Source: Lingula anatina
Lineage: Eukaryota > Animalia > Brachiopoda
Assembly (NCBI GenBank): GCA_051362555.1
Contig: CM120640.1
Span: 70,100,788 to 70,164,787 of the forward strand
Direction: 5' to 3'
DNA length: 64,000 nt
Every line of letters starts with the position of its first letter. Position 1 is the stretch's first letter. Positions 1 through 20,300 of the stretch are shown piece by piece. The notes beneath the pieces are model-generated. The model did not search any database, had not been told where the DNA came from, and saw only the letters and a list, made by a program, of their open reading frames with translations. A program made the position numbers and the translations under genes.

Positions 1-81
1 CAAGCATGATTCAAAATTAAAGATGAACAGCCTGTAAAACATTAAATAACGTTAAATGTCAACTGCACCCCTCCCGTGTAT

Positions 82-107
82 GTCATGTGACTTTGAGAAA
101 CCTGCAC

Positions 108-113
<6 letters not shown>
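82..113. promoter_or_regulatory. Two M-box/CLEAR-like E-boxes (MITF/TFEB type) at the cathepsin 5' end
   Basis: GTCATGTGAC at 82-91 and GCACATGACT (reverse complement AGTCATGTGC) at 104-113, next to the start of a lysosomal protease gene. Confidence 0.45.
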
Positions 114-6252
<6,139 letters not shown>

Positions 6253-7285
6253 GCCATGTTACAGTTTGCCGTGGTGTTTCACTACCACTCGTGATAGTCC
6301 CTCGGACTGTGTTACAATATAGCTTTGTAATATCACCCTCCGATTTTTATCTTCATAATAATGAAATTAATCATTGAAAACTCATCAATAACATATGTAT
6401 ATTTGCATTCTGTAAAGAAATTGACTCATAAAAACCGGACATTTTGTAATTTTATCATCCTTTGTATTGTTATTTTTCTGAAAACTCAAATTTATATTTG
6501 CTTACTTTTGTTTTCAAGGTTTTGTTTTCTTGAAGATAAAAGCACTGTAGCTGCTCTGCTTGATATTTGTTTATCACATGTAAAATGAGAAAAGATGCTG
6601 GTATTAGACTTGTGAAGATTCTTTTGTCTTTAGCTACCTATATATGTCTGGTCTTACCAGCCAATGTTTCGTCTGCTTGCAGTCAGACTTGATCAGGGAA
6701 TGAGGTTGTGATAGATGTGACAATGTATCACCCTATCACCAGTCTATTACAATAACATAGCTAATGAAACTGCTCTACACTAAGACACAAGTATTGTTTT
6801 CACATGCTTTCATAACAAAGTGTAAAGTGTAACTTATAATTAATGTATCTAATTTAATAAATGTCTTTTAGACACATCTTTGTCAACATTTATGTTATTG
6901 GTGACATGGTGAATTGGTGTTGATATTTTTTTTAAATTATCTTTGACAAATTTTTCTCATTAAAATGTTTTATAAATTTTCTTATACAATAACCAGTTTA
7001 AATGGCTGTTTGTTTTATGATTTCGAAAAAATATTTTAAGTTTTCTCAAATCAAAAGAAAAGGCATAATATCAAAGATGATCAAATATTTATTCTCATTT
7101 TAGAAATATAATATTTCCCAAGATTCTTTACTGTAAGGAACCCTGTAAGGAACTTTTCTGCATCCACTTAACTTTATTGGATCACTTTAACTCGTGTTAA
7201 ATGTGGCAACTTGGGATATCCTCTTGGTTCACGAGGATGATTGCAACCTTGGTAACAACTCATAAAGTTGGAAAGCAAACTTAAC

Positions 7286-7425
7286 CAGGCCCGTAGCCAG
7301 CAATTTCAAAAGGGGGGTTCTTTTTCTGAAAAAGTGGACCTTTTCCCATAAAAACAGAGTGGACCTTTTTCCAGCAAAAGGGGCAGTTCTTTCGAACCCC
7401 CCGAACCCCCCTGGCTACGGGCCTG
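7286..7425. mobile_element. MITE family A, copy 1 (CAGG termini, 5-bp TSD)
   Basis: 15-bp perfect TIR CAGGCCCGTAGCCAG, TSD TTAAC; second copy at 14920-15072. Confidence 0.88.
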
Positions 7426-7781
7426 TTAACGATAATCCTTACATCAAACCATCTATCTCAAAACACATTTCTATCACATTCAGAGACCTCTTATACACAC
7501 AAAGCTCTAAAAATACTGAACTTTTGCTGCAAATACGCTTAAAATTAATACTGTCAACGATCAAGACAAAGAGCATGTCTGTCCCTCTTTAATATGATCG
7601 TCATACAATACTGCACAGTTCAGTCAGCAGTATATTCATGCCCTTCTGGCATAGTCTTAGCCACTTGGGCATGTATTCAATAAATAATTCAACAAATCCT
7701 CATCAGTGGTCAGTTACAGTTAATTTATAGTTGGCACATTAAACAGTTTTATTGCTTTTTCAGGCATCAAATCACACAGGT

Positions 7782-10700
7782 TCAGTTTGTCCTGTGACAT
7801 GTCAGTAAACTGCTATATTCATCTGGTTCATCTGGATTGCGCCTGAAAGCAAGAAAAATATGATGAATAAGTTTTGGAAATTAGAAAATACTGCAAATTA
7901 TTTCCATTAATGATTGCAAAAACAGAATGCTGTATACCTTAAATTATTAAAATACTTGGCACAATCTCAGAATATCACTGTATATTTAATACCAGGCTCA
8001 TGATTTTATATCAGAAGTTAATAAATGGACAAAATCAAAAAATAAATAAATAGAACATCCTGAAAAGGATCAGATGATGTGCAGGGCCACCATAAGAGGT
8101 TGAAAGGTGACAAAACATTCAGTCCCTTCTTGGTGGGGGAGGGGGGAGGTAGGGGGGAGGCTCCTCAACATTAAGGTCACATCAGTAAATTAAACAAGTA
8201 GAAATTCAACACCAGACTTGTTTTTCCTTAGCCACATTCTTGCTGCAGCCATGATAACCCAAAATCAGAACTGCAGATCCCTAGAACTAAGATTCCTACC
8301 TTCTACAGCAACATCTAAACAGCCGAGACAGATCACAGCCACCATTGTCTTCTAATCTGTAGTGAGGGGAGTTGTGATCCTCATCTGTCTCATTTATAAA
8401 CTTGGTAAGATCTGTCTCTGGAAAACCCCCATGACGGTAGTAATCCTGAAGTTAAAACAAGAAATCTAATGGAAAATATATAGATTGTACAAAAAGGCTA
8501 TACAAAAATTTACCATACCTGTTTGTGCTGATAAAATGATGCACAAAATGCTCAAACTGTAAGTATCTTGTGTGAATAAACATCTTGTGTATGTGTCGCA
8601 AGCCAAATTAAAATCCATTAAGCAAATGGGCCCACAAGTTTTTAACTTTTGATAAATGGAAATGCCATATACTGCCAACAGACAAATCACTTTCATTATG
8701 TAAAGGTAGTTATGAATTGTATTTTAAAACAAACTTTGGTGTTCAGCTCACTCTAAAGTATGAGAATGAGTGAAGGGCAATAAAAGCTTACCAACATTTA
8801 ATAGTAAAAAATTACCTTAATCATCCCTTGAAACTCATTCAATAAATCATAACAATGTCACACCCACTTCAAACAATTAAGATTATTTTCAGTATGTATC
8901 AAAAACAGCCATGGACTTTTATCTAGGATTTTGGCGAATTTAACCTAGGCCAAATTAAAATCTGAATGAATTCTGATTTTGTCTAGGCCTGTTTAAAATC
9001 TGGCTGGGTTTCAATCTGGTCTGCAGCATATATAACTAAAAACTCAAATGTGAACAAAATATGAGCCTCAACATTTTGTGTATGGAACACCAGCTTAATA
9101 AATACTTACCCTAACTACATCATAAACATTGGTAATGACAGCAATGAACAGACTGAGGATGATGTAGATGAAGAGACTGATAAAGATGTAGAGGAATGCA
9201 CGGCTGTAGTACCAGATGTAGACATTGTCATTACCAGTGATGACAGAGAAGGTGACAAACATGTCATCACCATTGACCAGGGAAAACAGACACTCTGAGG
9301 CTGCACTTATGGTACGAAACTGAAATTTTATCAAAAAGAAATAAATAAATTATAAAAGTGAAAAATAATATATATTTTTCAGTTGATTTTATCAACAAAA
9401 TTCCAGAGTTATTAAGTAGATTATTCATGTATAGGCAGATACATGTACATTCATTATAAAAATGAATTTAAGTTCATCATTGAACAGTATATCTACATAT
9501 CTCAAGTTAATAAGAAAGTATATCGCTTTTTCTCTGAGGCTTACTGCCTGCAGATGCTTACCTTAACATGATAAGGTCCCAGTACCACCCAGCCACAAAA
9601 TGTGAACCCAGCATAAAACATGAGAGCACATATCAGGTACCGCAGCACATCTGGGAAGGACCTCTTCATAGTTATGATCAGAATCTGACAAATGGAAAAA
9701 GAGAAATCTTACTTTCAAATTGATGGTCTTCTGTCTTACCAGTATAATTTGTATTCGTAACATTTTTTCAAATACACTTTGTCAATATGTTTGGTGACAT
9801 TTAGCATTGTAACTTACATTATATTTTTCAAAGAAATTGAGGTATCTGAGAACCCCAAACCAGACCAGGAGACTTCCTGTGCCCAGAGTGAGGCCACACA
9901 TTTCATACAGGTCCACAGTCTGAAACACAAGCACAAACACATAGGACAAATCTGAATGCTGATATCAGATCAGACAATTTTTGCACCAGGCAATCTGTAT
10001 GCACATGTAAAAAAATTAAAATTAAAAGGAGAAAACATAAAAATAAATTTTATTCAAAATGCGAATTGAAAGAAATTGTTGAGGAGAATGTATTGGAGGG
10101 GAATGCTTTCGATTAATGATGACGTGTAATAAAATACCTCATGTAACAATATGCAAGACCAATGTGTCAGTCCCTTTGAAAATGATGAAATAAATCAGTC
10201 TTACTGACTTTAATAAAGTTCTGAACACTTTCCAGAACATCACTCACACTTAATGACATCATTATCTTCAAAACAGACCCTATAACTGTAATGACATCAT
10301 TGACAATGATCATAATAAACCACAGGTTCAGAAACTGCATCCTGTCATCTAGAGTCATTTCTATGCCACGCTGCCTTTTGAAAAACTTCACAGTTTTCTG
10401 AAAGTAAATGGCATTAATTTCATTTGGATTTGGGATGTAAAAAAATCATACAAGGCATAAAAATTAAAATACATTTCAATGTTAGAACACGTAATGGCAA
10501 ATTGTAATAGAGTAAAAACCCATGAGGCAACAAATGATAGAATTCTGCCATTTTTTTTCAATTGCCTTGGATGGATGTTAAGGAAACTAACAAATTAAAC
10601 TATCAAATTATTAAATTTTGGTGCCAAAGGTAATCCACTATTATAGTTGTGAAATTTTGATGCAAAATAGGGGACTTTTGGAACTGGACTTTATAGATAC

Positions 10701-13700
10701 GGGATAATGCAAATATCTTCTACTGTAACAATCAAGAATTTTACTTATTAATACTTACTGAACGCAACCTTTGTGCCCTGTACAGTGACCGAGCACACAG
10801 TATTGTGGAGGTCACAGAGATAATAATGACTATTATGTCATACACAATAAATACCAAACTGATACCATCTTCTGAAAATTAAAAAATATAGTACAAATCA
10901 TTTCAATAATTCAACTTATGACAGCAGGAAATCTTTTTTACCATCCATTGTTAATCTAAATTAATTGATAATAATTTGTTTTGGTTGACAAAAAGCAAAA
11001 CATATAATAATGCTTATATTTCAATTATTTTATCTTTGTGAGATACTCACCTGTGTTTCCTGTCTTGTTATCATCAGTGCAGATAAATTGCTCTGCAGCA
11101 GCTTTAAGAGTGACAGGTATCTGACCACTGTAAGCACTGTTGTCTAGCAAAATCTACAGAAAAATTTCATGAAAATCCTCTAAGTTGGTCCAGTATCAAG
11201 GTAAACAAACCAGTCATTTAATTAATTGACTTAACAATCACAAAGTACACTTGATAAATGACCTGTGATAAAATCATCAATATATGTATAGCTTATTTAA
11301 AATATTAACCTAGATAAATGATTTGGATCAGATATTTTCAATACTTGCAAAATTGTTTACGTACGGTTACATTGACATCAAAGCACTCCACTTCATCTCT
11401 TCCAAGATCAAAATTTTTTACATGAACAGCTCTCAAAGAAAACTTGAATTCCACTTTGACCAATCTTAAATTCAAATAAAAGCATGGAATAAATGCACTT
11501 ATTCTTAAAGAATGTTTTCTTGATTAAAAATGCATTTTAACATAAATTGTATGAAAACACAAAATCAGGTTTAAAACATTCAGGTTTAAACATAGCAATG
11601 CTTCTACCTCATCATCATCACTATTAGCATTCACAGACTATTTTCTATTGAAGGCATTATTATATAAATGTAGCTTGTTTATGGCAAAATAACATTTAAT
11701 CCAGGACATCTTTTTAGTGAAATCCTGGACCCTTAGTGACAATTTATTTTGTTCACAGATTGAGATCCATACCAACCTATCAAATTCTATTGTCTTGTTT
11801 ATTTTTTGCAAGTACTCTTGAACATCATAGGAATATTCTGTGGTGTTGGTTGTGCTGTTCCAGAATTCACAGTCACTGTTTGTTAAAGCTATACATTCTA
11901 AAGAGAAATGACATACATCTTATCTGAATTATAAGTAAATGTGTTATGAACTGAGAGTAAACACATTTTCTGGAAAATCAAAAAGGAGAATCTCACTGTA
12001 ATGAATTTCATTTCAGGTTTATCTCAACTTTACTTCCTTGAATCCAACCCAAATTTGAATGAAGGAAATATGTACTGTATGCAGAGAAAAATAACTGTAT
12101 GACTTCTCTATAAGTACCCAAAATTTCACTAAGCAATTCCACCCAAGGATGTACTCCCCATTTTTCTGAGCCCACTCACCTTCTACTGGCTGCTTATGAA
12201 AGCTGTAGGATCCATTCCTAGGATTTACCCAGCCATCTCTAAAGAATGTCTTACACAGGTACATGGGAGGCAATGTGTGGTTCTTAGAATTGGGTGTGAA
12301 TGACCCGATGGAGTTTGGCCACACTTCATTATACTGAAATATGAAAGTGAAAGTATAAACTGACTTGCAATAATAAAATCTGAACAGCGGACAGCTGATT
12401 CGGAGTACAAGTGATAAAATTAAAAGTACAAATAATTGATGTCTTCTTTAAACATTTAATTTCTTATCCAAGTCCTGATCACTTTGACTAGAACATTTTG
12501 TCTTACCATTTTCCATGCATGATTTAGTTTCAGATAAAAGTCATCAATGGTGTAGACAGCAAAAATCCCCAGAGGAGCAGGATAGGGCAGAGTTTCATAG
12601 GCAGGATCCCAGCCTTGTAGAAACAGGTGCTTGAATGACACAGTTGACTTGATCAAGAAGTTAACATGGGAAGAGCGGTCATATCCAAACCACACCAACT
12701 GTAGTATAAAACAAAAATTCTAGTGGTTAATTCCTCAATTTCAATTTATTTCACCAATCTGAACAACATACCAGCTGGGTCAACCCAACTCTGCAGGGGA
12801 TTCTCACTTAATTGCATTCAGTGTTATCAGCTTAATTGTCTGACACACCTCCTTGATGGCTAGGGGGTAATTAACTTTTGTGTGCGTTCTGCTTTATTAC
12901 CCCAAGCAGCTCTAGGAGGCATGTCCGAAATTTAAGCTACTAACAGTGATTGCAGATAGGGAGAATCTCCTGCAGAGTTGGATCAATCCAGGTATTGGGA
13001 TTGGTTAATCTGAACCCTCCCTAAGTGCTTTCAAAATAAAGATTTTTTTTTGTCATTTCTATGCCAAATGTAATTTCATTAAAGAATATCAAATTTATGA
13101 AGGCAATGACTTTTTTTAAATTCTACAGTATCCTTTCAAAATTAAAACTGTTCAAAACTTGCCTCTCACTGGTTTTCTTGCTCCAGAAGGCATTATATAT
13201 CTGTTTATCACAAAAATGGAGCACAGCGAAGTCTTGCAGCAGCAGCAGCAATTTCAAGGAATATAAACAATAAGACCATTTTTAATTGTACAAGTTTCCA
13301 TTTGTACATGTTTTCATTAAACACCACATTCAAACTGTTATAAGAATATCTGCAATAAAAAATCCTCCAAATAACATACCTGTCCAGTGACTAGCACTAT
13401 TTTAAGGAGCTGTATAATCATTTTCCATGGAAACCTTCTCTTTGTGGTCCACTTCTGACATGGTGTCATAAAGTGGAATTTCAGTTTTCTTCTCAATGTG
13501 TCCTCCATGTGAGGGGTGTAAAAGGAAGCGACACGTTTGAATGGTCTTGGCCTCCCATGAGAGCGTCTCCATGATTCTCTGTTGGAAAGGTTTTCTTGAT
13601 TTTCATCTGATGGAGGTTCTGAAACTGATTCCAAAATTTATATATAAAAGTTGGAATTTTGTTTAGATGGCAAAATAAAATTTAAGAAACTATGCACAGT

Positions 13701-15235
13701 TGAATAAGGCATTTCAAACAGGTATCTAGACAACATCACTACTGTACAGGGGCGGATCCAGAGATATTTTCTGACAGTCTTTCAAATAATCTTTGTTAAT
13801 TCGTCCTCAATTTTTGACCGACTTCCGACAGAAAATATTAGATACCCGTAAATGTAAACTTAAAAATCTGACCGTCTTCCGGAAGACCCAGAAGACGGCC
13901 TAAATCCGCCCCTGACTGTAGGATTGAAAATATCATGGAATCTTTGGGGGGTGGGACTTTTGCTGCTTTAAAACATCAACTTTTCTCTATTATTGACTGT
14001 TCTTGTTTGTCTTAAAGGCATGTTACATTCTTTTTACCCAACAAAATTTACTTCCATGCATCTGACTCAATTAAGACAGTGACAGCTGACAAGAACTAGA
14101 ATTTACTTTTCCATTGCAACATAACTAGAAAAATCCTACAGATGGTACCTTTTAGAGAAAACTGTCATCATATAAACACTAAAGTCTTATAATCTTTGGT
14201 CCAAGAGCAATCCGTCTAAAATCTTTATCTTTACTTAAAAGGTCCAAATCTTTAAAGATAATTTATTGTGTAAATAAACAGGTATGTAATCTGCCTTCTC
14301 AAGTAGTATACTGTGTATTGACCTACATGCGTTTTAAAAGATTAAAGCACAGACTCAATTAATAAAAATATATATTTCCTTTTTGCATCTGAAACTGACA
14401 AACTGGAATTCCTTACTAAGATACCATCTAATTTGTGAAATGAATGCAAGCCTACAATAATGACTCGATTTATCAATGGGGAAAATTGTGAATTTTACAG
14501 ATCTATACTGTTTTTTTTTACGTCATAAATTCATAAAATTGGAACATTCCTACTGAGTGATAGAAAAAAGATACTGAAAAGCTGACTACTATACTTATAT
14601 ATATATATTTATATTCTATACACCTCAAGCACCATAAATGCTACAAAAAATATTTTTTAATGATTCTAAAATTATGCATCTAAAAGATCGATCTTTTTTT
14701 CTATTAGACCAAGTTGTTACCATACTACATATATGTCAGCCAGCACAGACTGATAACAGATTATAGGGGAGGTTTGTCAGTATTTCAAGCAGGAAATTAA
14801 GTTTGGCTTAAGTACATCAGGTGACTGACACTGCCTATATGACTTAGTGTGCTGTGGATACAAATTTTAATTAAAAATTATAATATTAAAATAACCAAAT
14901 TAAAGCATTTGTATCATCTCAGGCCCGTAGCCAGCAGTTTCAAAAGGGGGGTTCTTTTTCTGAAAAACTTCATGTACTTATAGATAAATTTTCACCCAGA
15001 GTGGACCTTTTCCCAGCAAAAGGGGGGGGGGGGTTCAAAAGAACCCCCCAAACCCCCCTGGCTACGGGCCTGCATCTTTAGCTCCCTTTTATCTTAAATG
15101 ATCTTAGCTGTTGTTCTATAATATATATTCATACCATCAAGAATATATACTAGTACCTTGTTGTTGACCTTGCCCAGTCTGGCGCTGTGATCTGTCAATT
15201 ACTGACATCTCCCTGGGTCGCCTCAGAGAATCCAT
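7782..15235 (-). CDS. MCOLN: Mucolipin (TRPML) cation channel, paralogue A
   Basis: Exons approximately 15157-15235 (first exon tentative), 13380-13624, 12506-12698, 12180-12334, 11776-11898, 11365-11464, 11050-11154, 10759-10871, 10248-10398, 9818-9920, 9563-9685, 9109-9319, 8300-8445, 7782-7842. Motifs LRRKLKFHFMTPCQKW..RRFPWK, pore SECLFSLVNGDDMF, C-terminal CCR and dileucine EYSSLL. Confidence 0.92.
12775..12991. mobile_element. Foldback/MITE-like long imperfect palindrome
   Basis: Arms CCAACTCTGCAGGGGATTCTC...GAGAATCTCCTGCAGAGTTGG pair over about 100 bp; related sequence at about 23376-23529 and 17074-17103. Confidence 0.7.
13747..13914. mobile_element. MITE family B, copy 1 (CAGGGG termini, 6-bp TSD)
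   Basis: TIR CAGGGGCGGAT...ATCCGCCCCTG, TSD ACTGTA; homologous over its full length to 53804-53972. Confidence 0.88.
14920..15072. mobile_element. MITE family A, copy 2
   Basis: TIR CAGGCCCGTAGCCAG, TSD CATCT; internal similarity to 7286-7425. Confidence 0.88.
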
Positions 15236-16653
15236 ACCAGAGCTGTTACAGTATCACAGCTTAGTTCCCGTTCCACCATGGTAAGTTCTGGATCACAATA
15301 TGCTTTCCCAGATAAGTAAAGTCTTCTGGTCTCATCAACAAGATAAAGAAAGTTTTCTAGATAAAAAATATTAAGACTAGTTTACCCTGCCTTTGCTTCA
15401 CACAGTGAGAGGATCACAAGCACAAGTTATCACTGAAAGTGTCAACAAAACTGACCCTCAGTATAGACCTGTTAAAGTTTCCTTAACTCAGACTTTCTTG
15501 ACCTTTGCCAGCACATGACATCTCATTGTGTATATGCGTTATCTGCTCTATAGAATTTGCAGTGAGGTAGAACTGTTTGACCTACTTATGAGTGGCATGT
15601 GTGATTATGAGAAACAAAATTACTTTAACAGGCAACTGGCGGTCATGAACTTTCACCCAAGATTTTGATTCAATTTCATATCTAAACATAGGAACTGAAT
15701 TCTAAATCTAAATGTATAAATTTAATTTAAAATTTAAACATAGAAATTTAAATTCAAATCTAAACAAAAAACTTTCTTTCAAAATATCTGTACAGAAAAT
15801 AAAATAATGAGTAAGAAAAAAAATCACAACTTTACATCAGGTTTTCTTTAATTTATTTTCTCATACTGACAATATGGTAAGACAATAGTGAATGACACAA
15901 CAAGCATATGGCTTTCCTTTGGCAATGGTCCCACACTGACTGATTTTTTTTTTTTTTTTACAAAAATACTGCTTTTGTTTCTTAAACAAAACTACGTTAT
16001 ACTGAAATACTTATTTTTAAGTTCTCATAATACAAGAAAGTTATAAATAATTGCTAAACAATGTGTTTTCAAATTGTACAAAAATGCTATATACATATGT
16101 ATATCTTAGTAAATTAAACTCAAACATTGTTCAACCTTCAGTTGTGAAGATATCACATACATATGTATAACATTTTCAGAACCTGAGAAATACTTATTTT
16201 ATGGGCATAAGTTTGCCAAAAATTTAATGAAAATAGGGGCTATGGTAAGGACTCCATCTTTTCAATGCAGAAAAATTATCAGTCTTTCAAAAACATAATT
16301 TTGGAATCATTAAAAAATTATCATATATTGTATTTTTGTTGCATTTACTGTATAGAATAATACAATAGGGTAGGCTGCTTTTCAATTCTGTTGCAATAGG
16401 AATGTTTTAATTTTAAGAATTATGACTGTAAAATATATAAAATCTGAAAATTAATTTTCCCCATTAAAAAGATCAAGTCCATTACCGTACTATTAAATGA
16501 AAAAGGAAATATGCTTGATAGTTTATTCATTTACATTGTAAACAGTATTGTACTTAGGCCTCATTGAGACCAGGTGCTACATATTAAGCACATTAATTAC
16601 TGTAAAACAAATTCGTCCATTAAGCTATGGGCTCATTCCCATTGAAATTATTG

Positions 16654-17064
16654 TTATCTCCGCCAAGGAGGTTATATTTTCACCCCTGTTTGATTGTTTG
16701 TTTGTTTGTTTGTCAGCAACATAACTCAAAAAGTTATGCATAAATTTCGATAGAATTTTCAGGGTTGGTCAGAAATGGGTTAACTTAGAAGTAATTAGTT
16801 TTTGGTGGTAATCCAGATCAATAATCAATCAATAAGCAATAATCAATAATCAAAAATAAAAAACTAAGTTATGGACCGATTTTGATGAAATTTTCAGGAA
16901 CTGTCAGAAGTGGGCCAAGGAACAAATGATTAGTTTTTGGTGGAGATCCAGATCAATAATCAATCAATAGTCAATAATCAAAAATATCGCAAATTTAGGG
17001 GTGAAACAGCATTGGATGGAGACTTTGCTGCCTTGGCGAAGGTCTGCACTCTCTGAGTGCTTTT
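16654..17064 (+). mobile_element. Non-autonomous Helentron/DINE-1-like (HINE) element
   Basis: Subterminal inverted repeat CTCCGCCAAGG...CCTTGGCGAAG, (TTTG)n tract, two internal repeats of about 135 bp, 3' hairpin GCACTC-TCT-GAGTGC followed by a T run. Confidence 0.7.
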
Positions 17065-17317
17065 CATTCTATGCAGATTGATCTAACTCCATGGAAACTC
17101 ACTAGTAAGTTGGAAACAAGAGGAGGCGTGTCATTCAGTTTATCTGTTTGCATTCAGTGAAAGTGCCCACAGAGTTTCTTTGTTTCTGCTGGATGGACCT
17201 TTTTGTGAATGACCAAGACAAAGAAATGTACGTCTGTCCATCTTTGGTTGACTAGCCAGACTAGCACAAGCAATACTGATTCAGGCAGCAACACATCTTT
17301 TCAGACCAAATACAAGT

Positions 17318-20300
17318 TCAATTTGTTGTGCGACTTTTCACTAAACTGCTATACTCATCTGGATCATCTGGATTTTGTCTGAAAGTAGAAAAATTGTGGT
17401 AAATATGTTGTGTAGAAATTTAATTATTTCCTGATGATTAATGGATATAAAATACATAATTTACTGTACTATGAAGTTCCAAGAGCCTTAAATACCTTTT
17501 ACAGCAATGATAATAACCCAATAGCTGTACTATGGTGTCCTAAGATCCCTACCTTCTACAACAACATTTAAACAGCCGAGACAGATCACAGCCACCATTG
17601 TCTTCTATTCTGAACTGAGGGGAGGTGTGATCCTCGTCTGTCTCATTTATAAACTTAGAAAGATCAGTCTCTGGAAAACCTCCATGCTGGTAGTAATGCT
17701 AAAGTAAGGCAAGAAACAAGATGGTTAATGTAGGTTTACAAAAAATTATTATATAATTAAGTTAAAAATTTTAATTACCATCCTGTGGGTACTATCTTAC
17801 AAAAAAACTCAAATTTTAAATGTTAGTATTTATCATGAGAAAATAAATATAATTTCAGTCTGAACATGATAGATACAAGATTGTGTAAAAATGACAAGAG
17901 ACACTATAAATACTTACTTTAACTATATCATAAACATTGGTGATGACAGCAATGAACAGACTGAGGATGATGTAGATGAAGACACTGATGAAGATGTAGA
18001 GGAATGCACGGCTGTAGTACCAGATGTAGACATTGTCATTACCAGTGATGACAGAGAAGGTGACAAACATGTCATCACCATTGACCAGGGAAAACAGACA
18101 CTCTGAAGCTGCACTTATGGTACGAAACTGAAATTTTATCAAAAAGAAATAAATAAATTATAAAAGTGAAAAATAATATATATTTTTCAGTTGATTTTAT
18201 CAACAAAATTCCAGGTATTCAAGAGTTATTATGTAGATTATTCATGTATAGGCAGATGCATGTACATCCATTATAAAAATGACTAAGTTCATCATTGAAC
18301 AATATCTACATATTTAAAGTTGGTAAAAAAATTATAACCGATTCTCTGAGGCTCATTGTCTGTAGGTGCTTACCTTGACGTGATAAGGTCCCAGTACCAC
18401 CCAACCACAAAATGTGAACCCAGCATAAATTATGAGAGCACATATCAGGTACCGCAGCACATCTGGGAAAGACCTCTTCATAGTTATGATCAGAATCTGA
18501 CAAATGAAAAAAGGGAAATCTTACTTGGCTGTCATTCTGTTATACTTGTTTAAATAAAGTTACACATGAAGCCAAATCATTGCCACTATACCCAACAAAA
18601 TGTCATAAGATATCAGTGATTTTAATAACTAATTATGTGACTACTAGCAAAAGAAATACCAATTAAAGAGCATTTTCTCATACTTCAGGAAAAACAACCG
18701 ATTAAGTGATTAATCAATGGTTTATCATTTGGCATGTAGATCGAACTCACCTCAGTTGAATCGTTTAAAAAACTAATTTTAAAAGTGGTTTGTAGGACAT
18801 TTGAGGACATTTTGATACATAACTTACATTATATTTTTCAAAGAAATTGAGGTATCTCAGAACCCCAAACCAGACCAGGAGACTTCCTGTGCCCAGAGTG
18901 AGGCCACACATTTCATACAGGTCCACAGTCTGAAACACAAGCACAAACACGTAAGACATATTTGAAAACTTTATTAACTGAGACATAGTATTCTTAGATT
19001 CTTTATACATGTACCTTGCAATTTGCTTTTAAATGAGAAATGACAGTTAACATAAAATTCACCAACTTACTGGTATGTTTTCCACCAATTATACATGTAA
19101 ATTGATATTCATCATTATTGTTTATATATCAAATTACATCAAATGATGACAAAATCAATAATATTAAGGAGAAGTTTTGTATTAACAAATATTAATTACG
19201 CATGCTCCAAGCAACAGGTAACTGATCAATGTTAGCATAAAGTGGAATAATATAAATATATGATCATCAAGTACAGACTGGAAATATGATTAAAAATCCA
19301 CTCTGGTAAGAAAACCCTTTGTCAAAGGGGATCCAAAGGAGATAAAAATTTGTGGCAAAAGTATGCAAGTTGCAGGAATTAAGAAAGAAGTTGTAGGAAT
19401 TGCAGAGGACATTCCTAGCAGTGTATGTTGGAGAGCATGAGAAAATATTTAACAATTTTATCACCAGAAAAGGAAAATATATGTACAGTATATGCACTGT
19501 ATCTGTATATATTTAATCCATATATAACTCTATTGCATTGTGTTATGGGAAAGAAGAAGCCATAAAGTAAATGAGATCTCTCCATGCTAGCATTATAAAA
19601 GCTAAATATTTTGAGCAGAAGACATTATTGGGTGAATTTGAATGAAAATAAGATATCCAAATGTCAAACTTACAGATGGTATGTAAATAAAGCTACCAGC
19701 CTTAAAATCAAAATACATGTTAAACATTTAAACAAAATGTTTTTAGTGTGAATTTAGAGAATGCAAAGAAATGATGCCAACAATTTTTAATATTGATATT
19801 GTGTAACTACAAGTACTACAACAACAGGCATGCCAAATGTGCCTTTTCCTTTGAAAATGAAGACATATTTACCAACAAAGATATACTTCTGAACACTTTA
19901 AGATCTGAAAAACTCACAATTAATGCCAGTACTATTTTGAAAATGGATCCTATAACTGTAATGATGTCATTGATGATGATCATTATAAACCACAGGTTCA
20001 GAAACTGCATCCTGTCATCTAGAGTCATTTCTATGCCACGCTGCTTTTTGAAAAACATGACAGTATCCTGAAAGCAATCAATTTTTTTCATTTGGAACTT
20101 GGGCTTTGTAATCTTAAAGATTAACAACTAAGTTTTAACAAAATTTAACAAACATATTATGATATATATTATGGTATGTCCCTGGCTCATACCAAATATG
20201 CCCTCTTATGGGAACATTTTCTGTAGATCAACAGATATTATGCATATTATTATTATGCATCAAGCACTCTACACCAAAGAGAATCTAAAATTTGAAGAAA

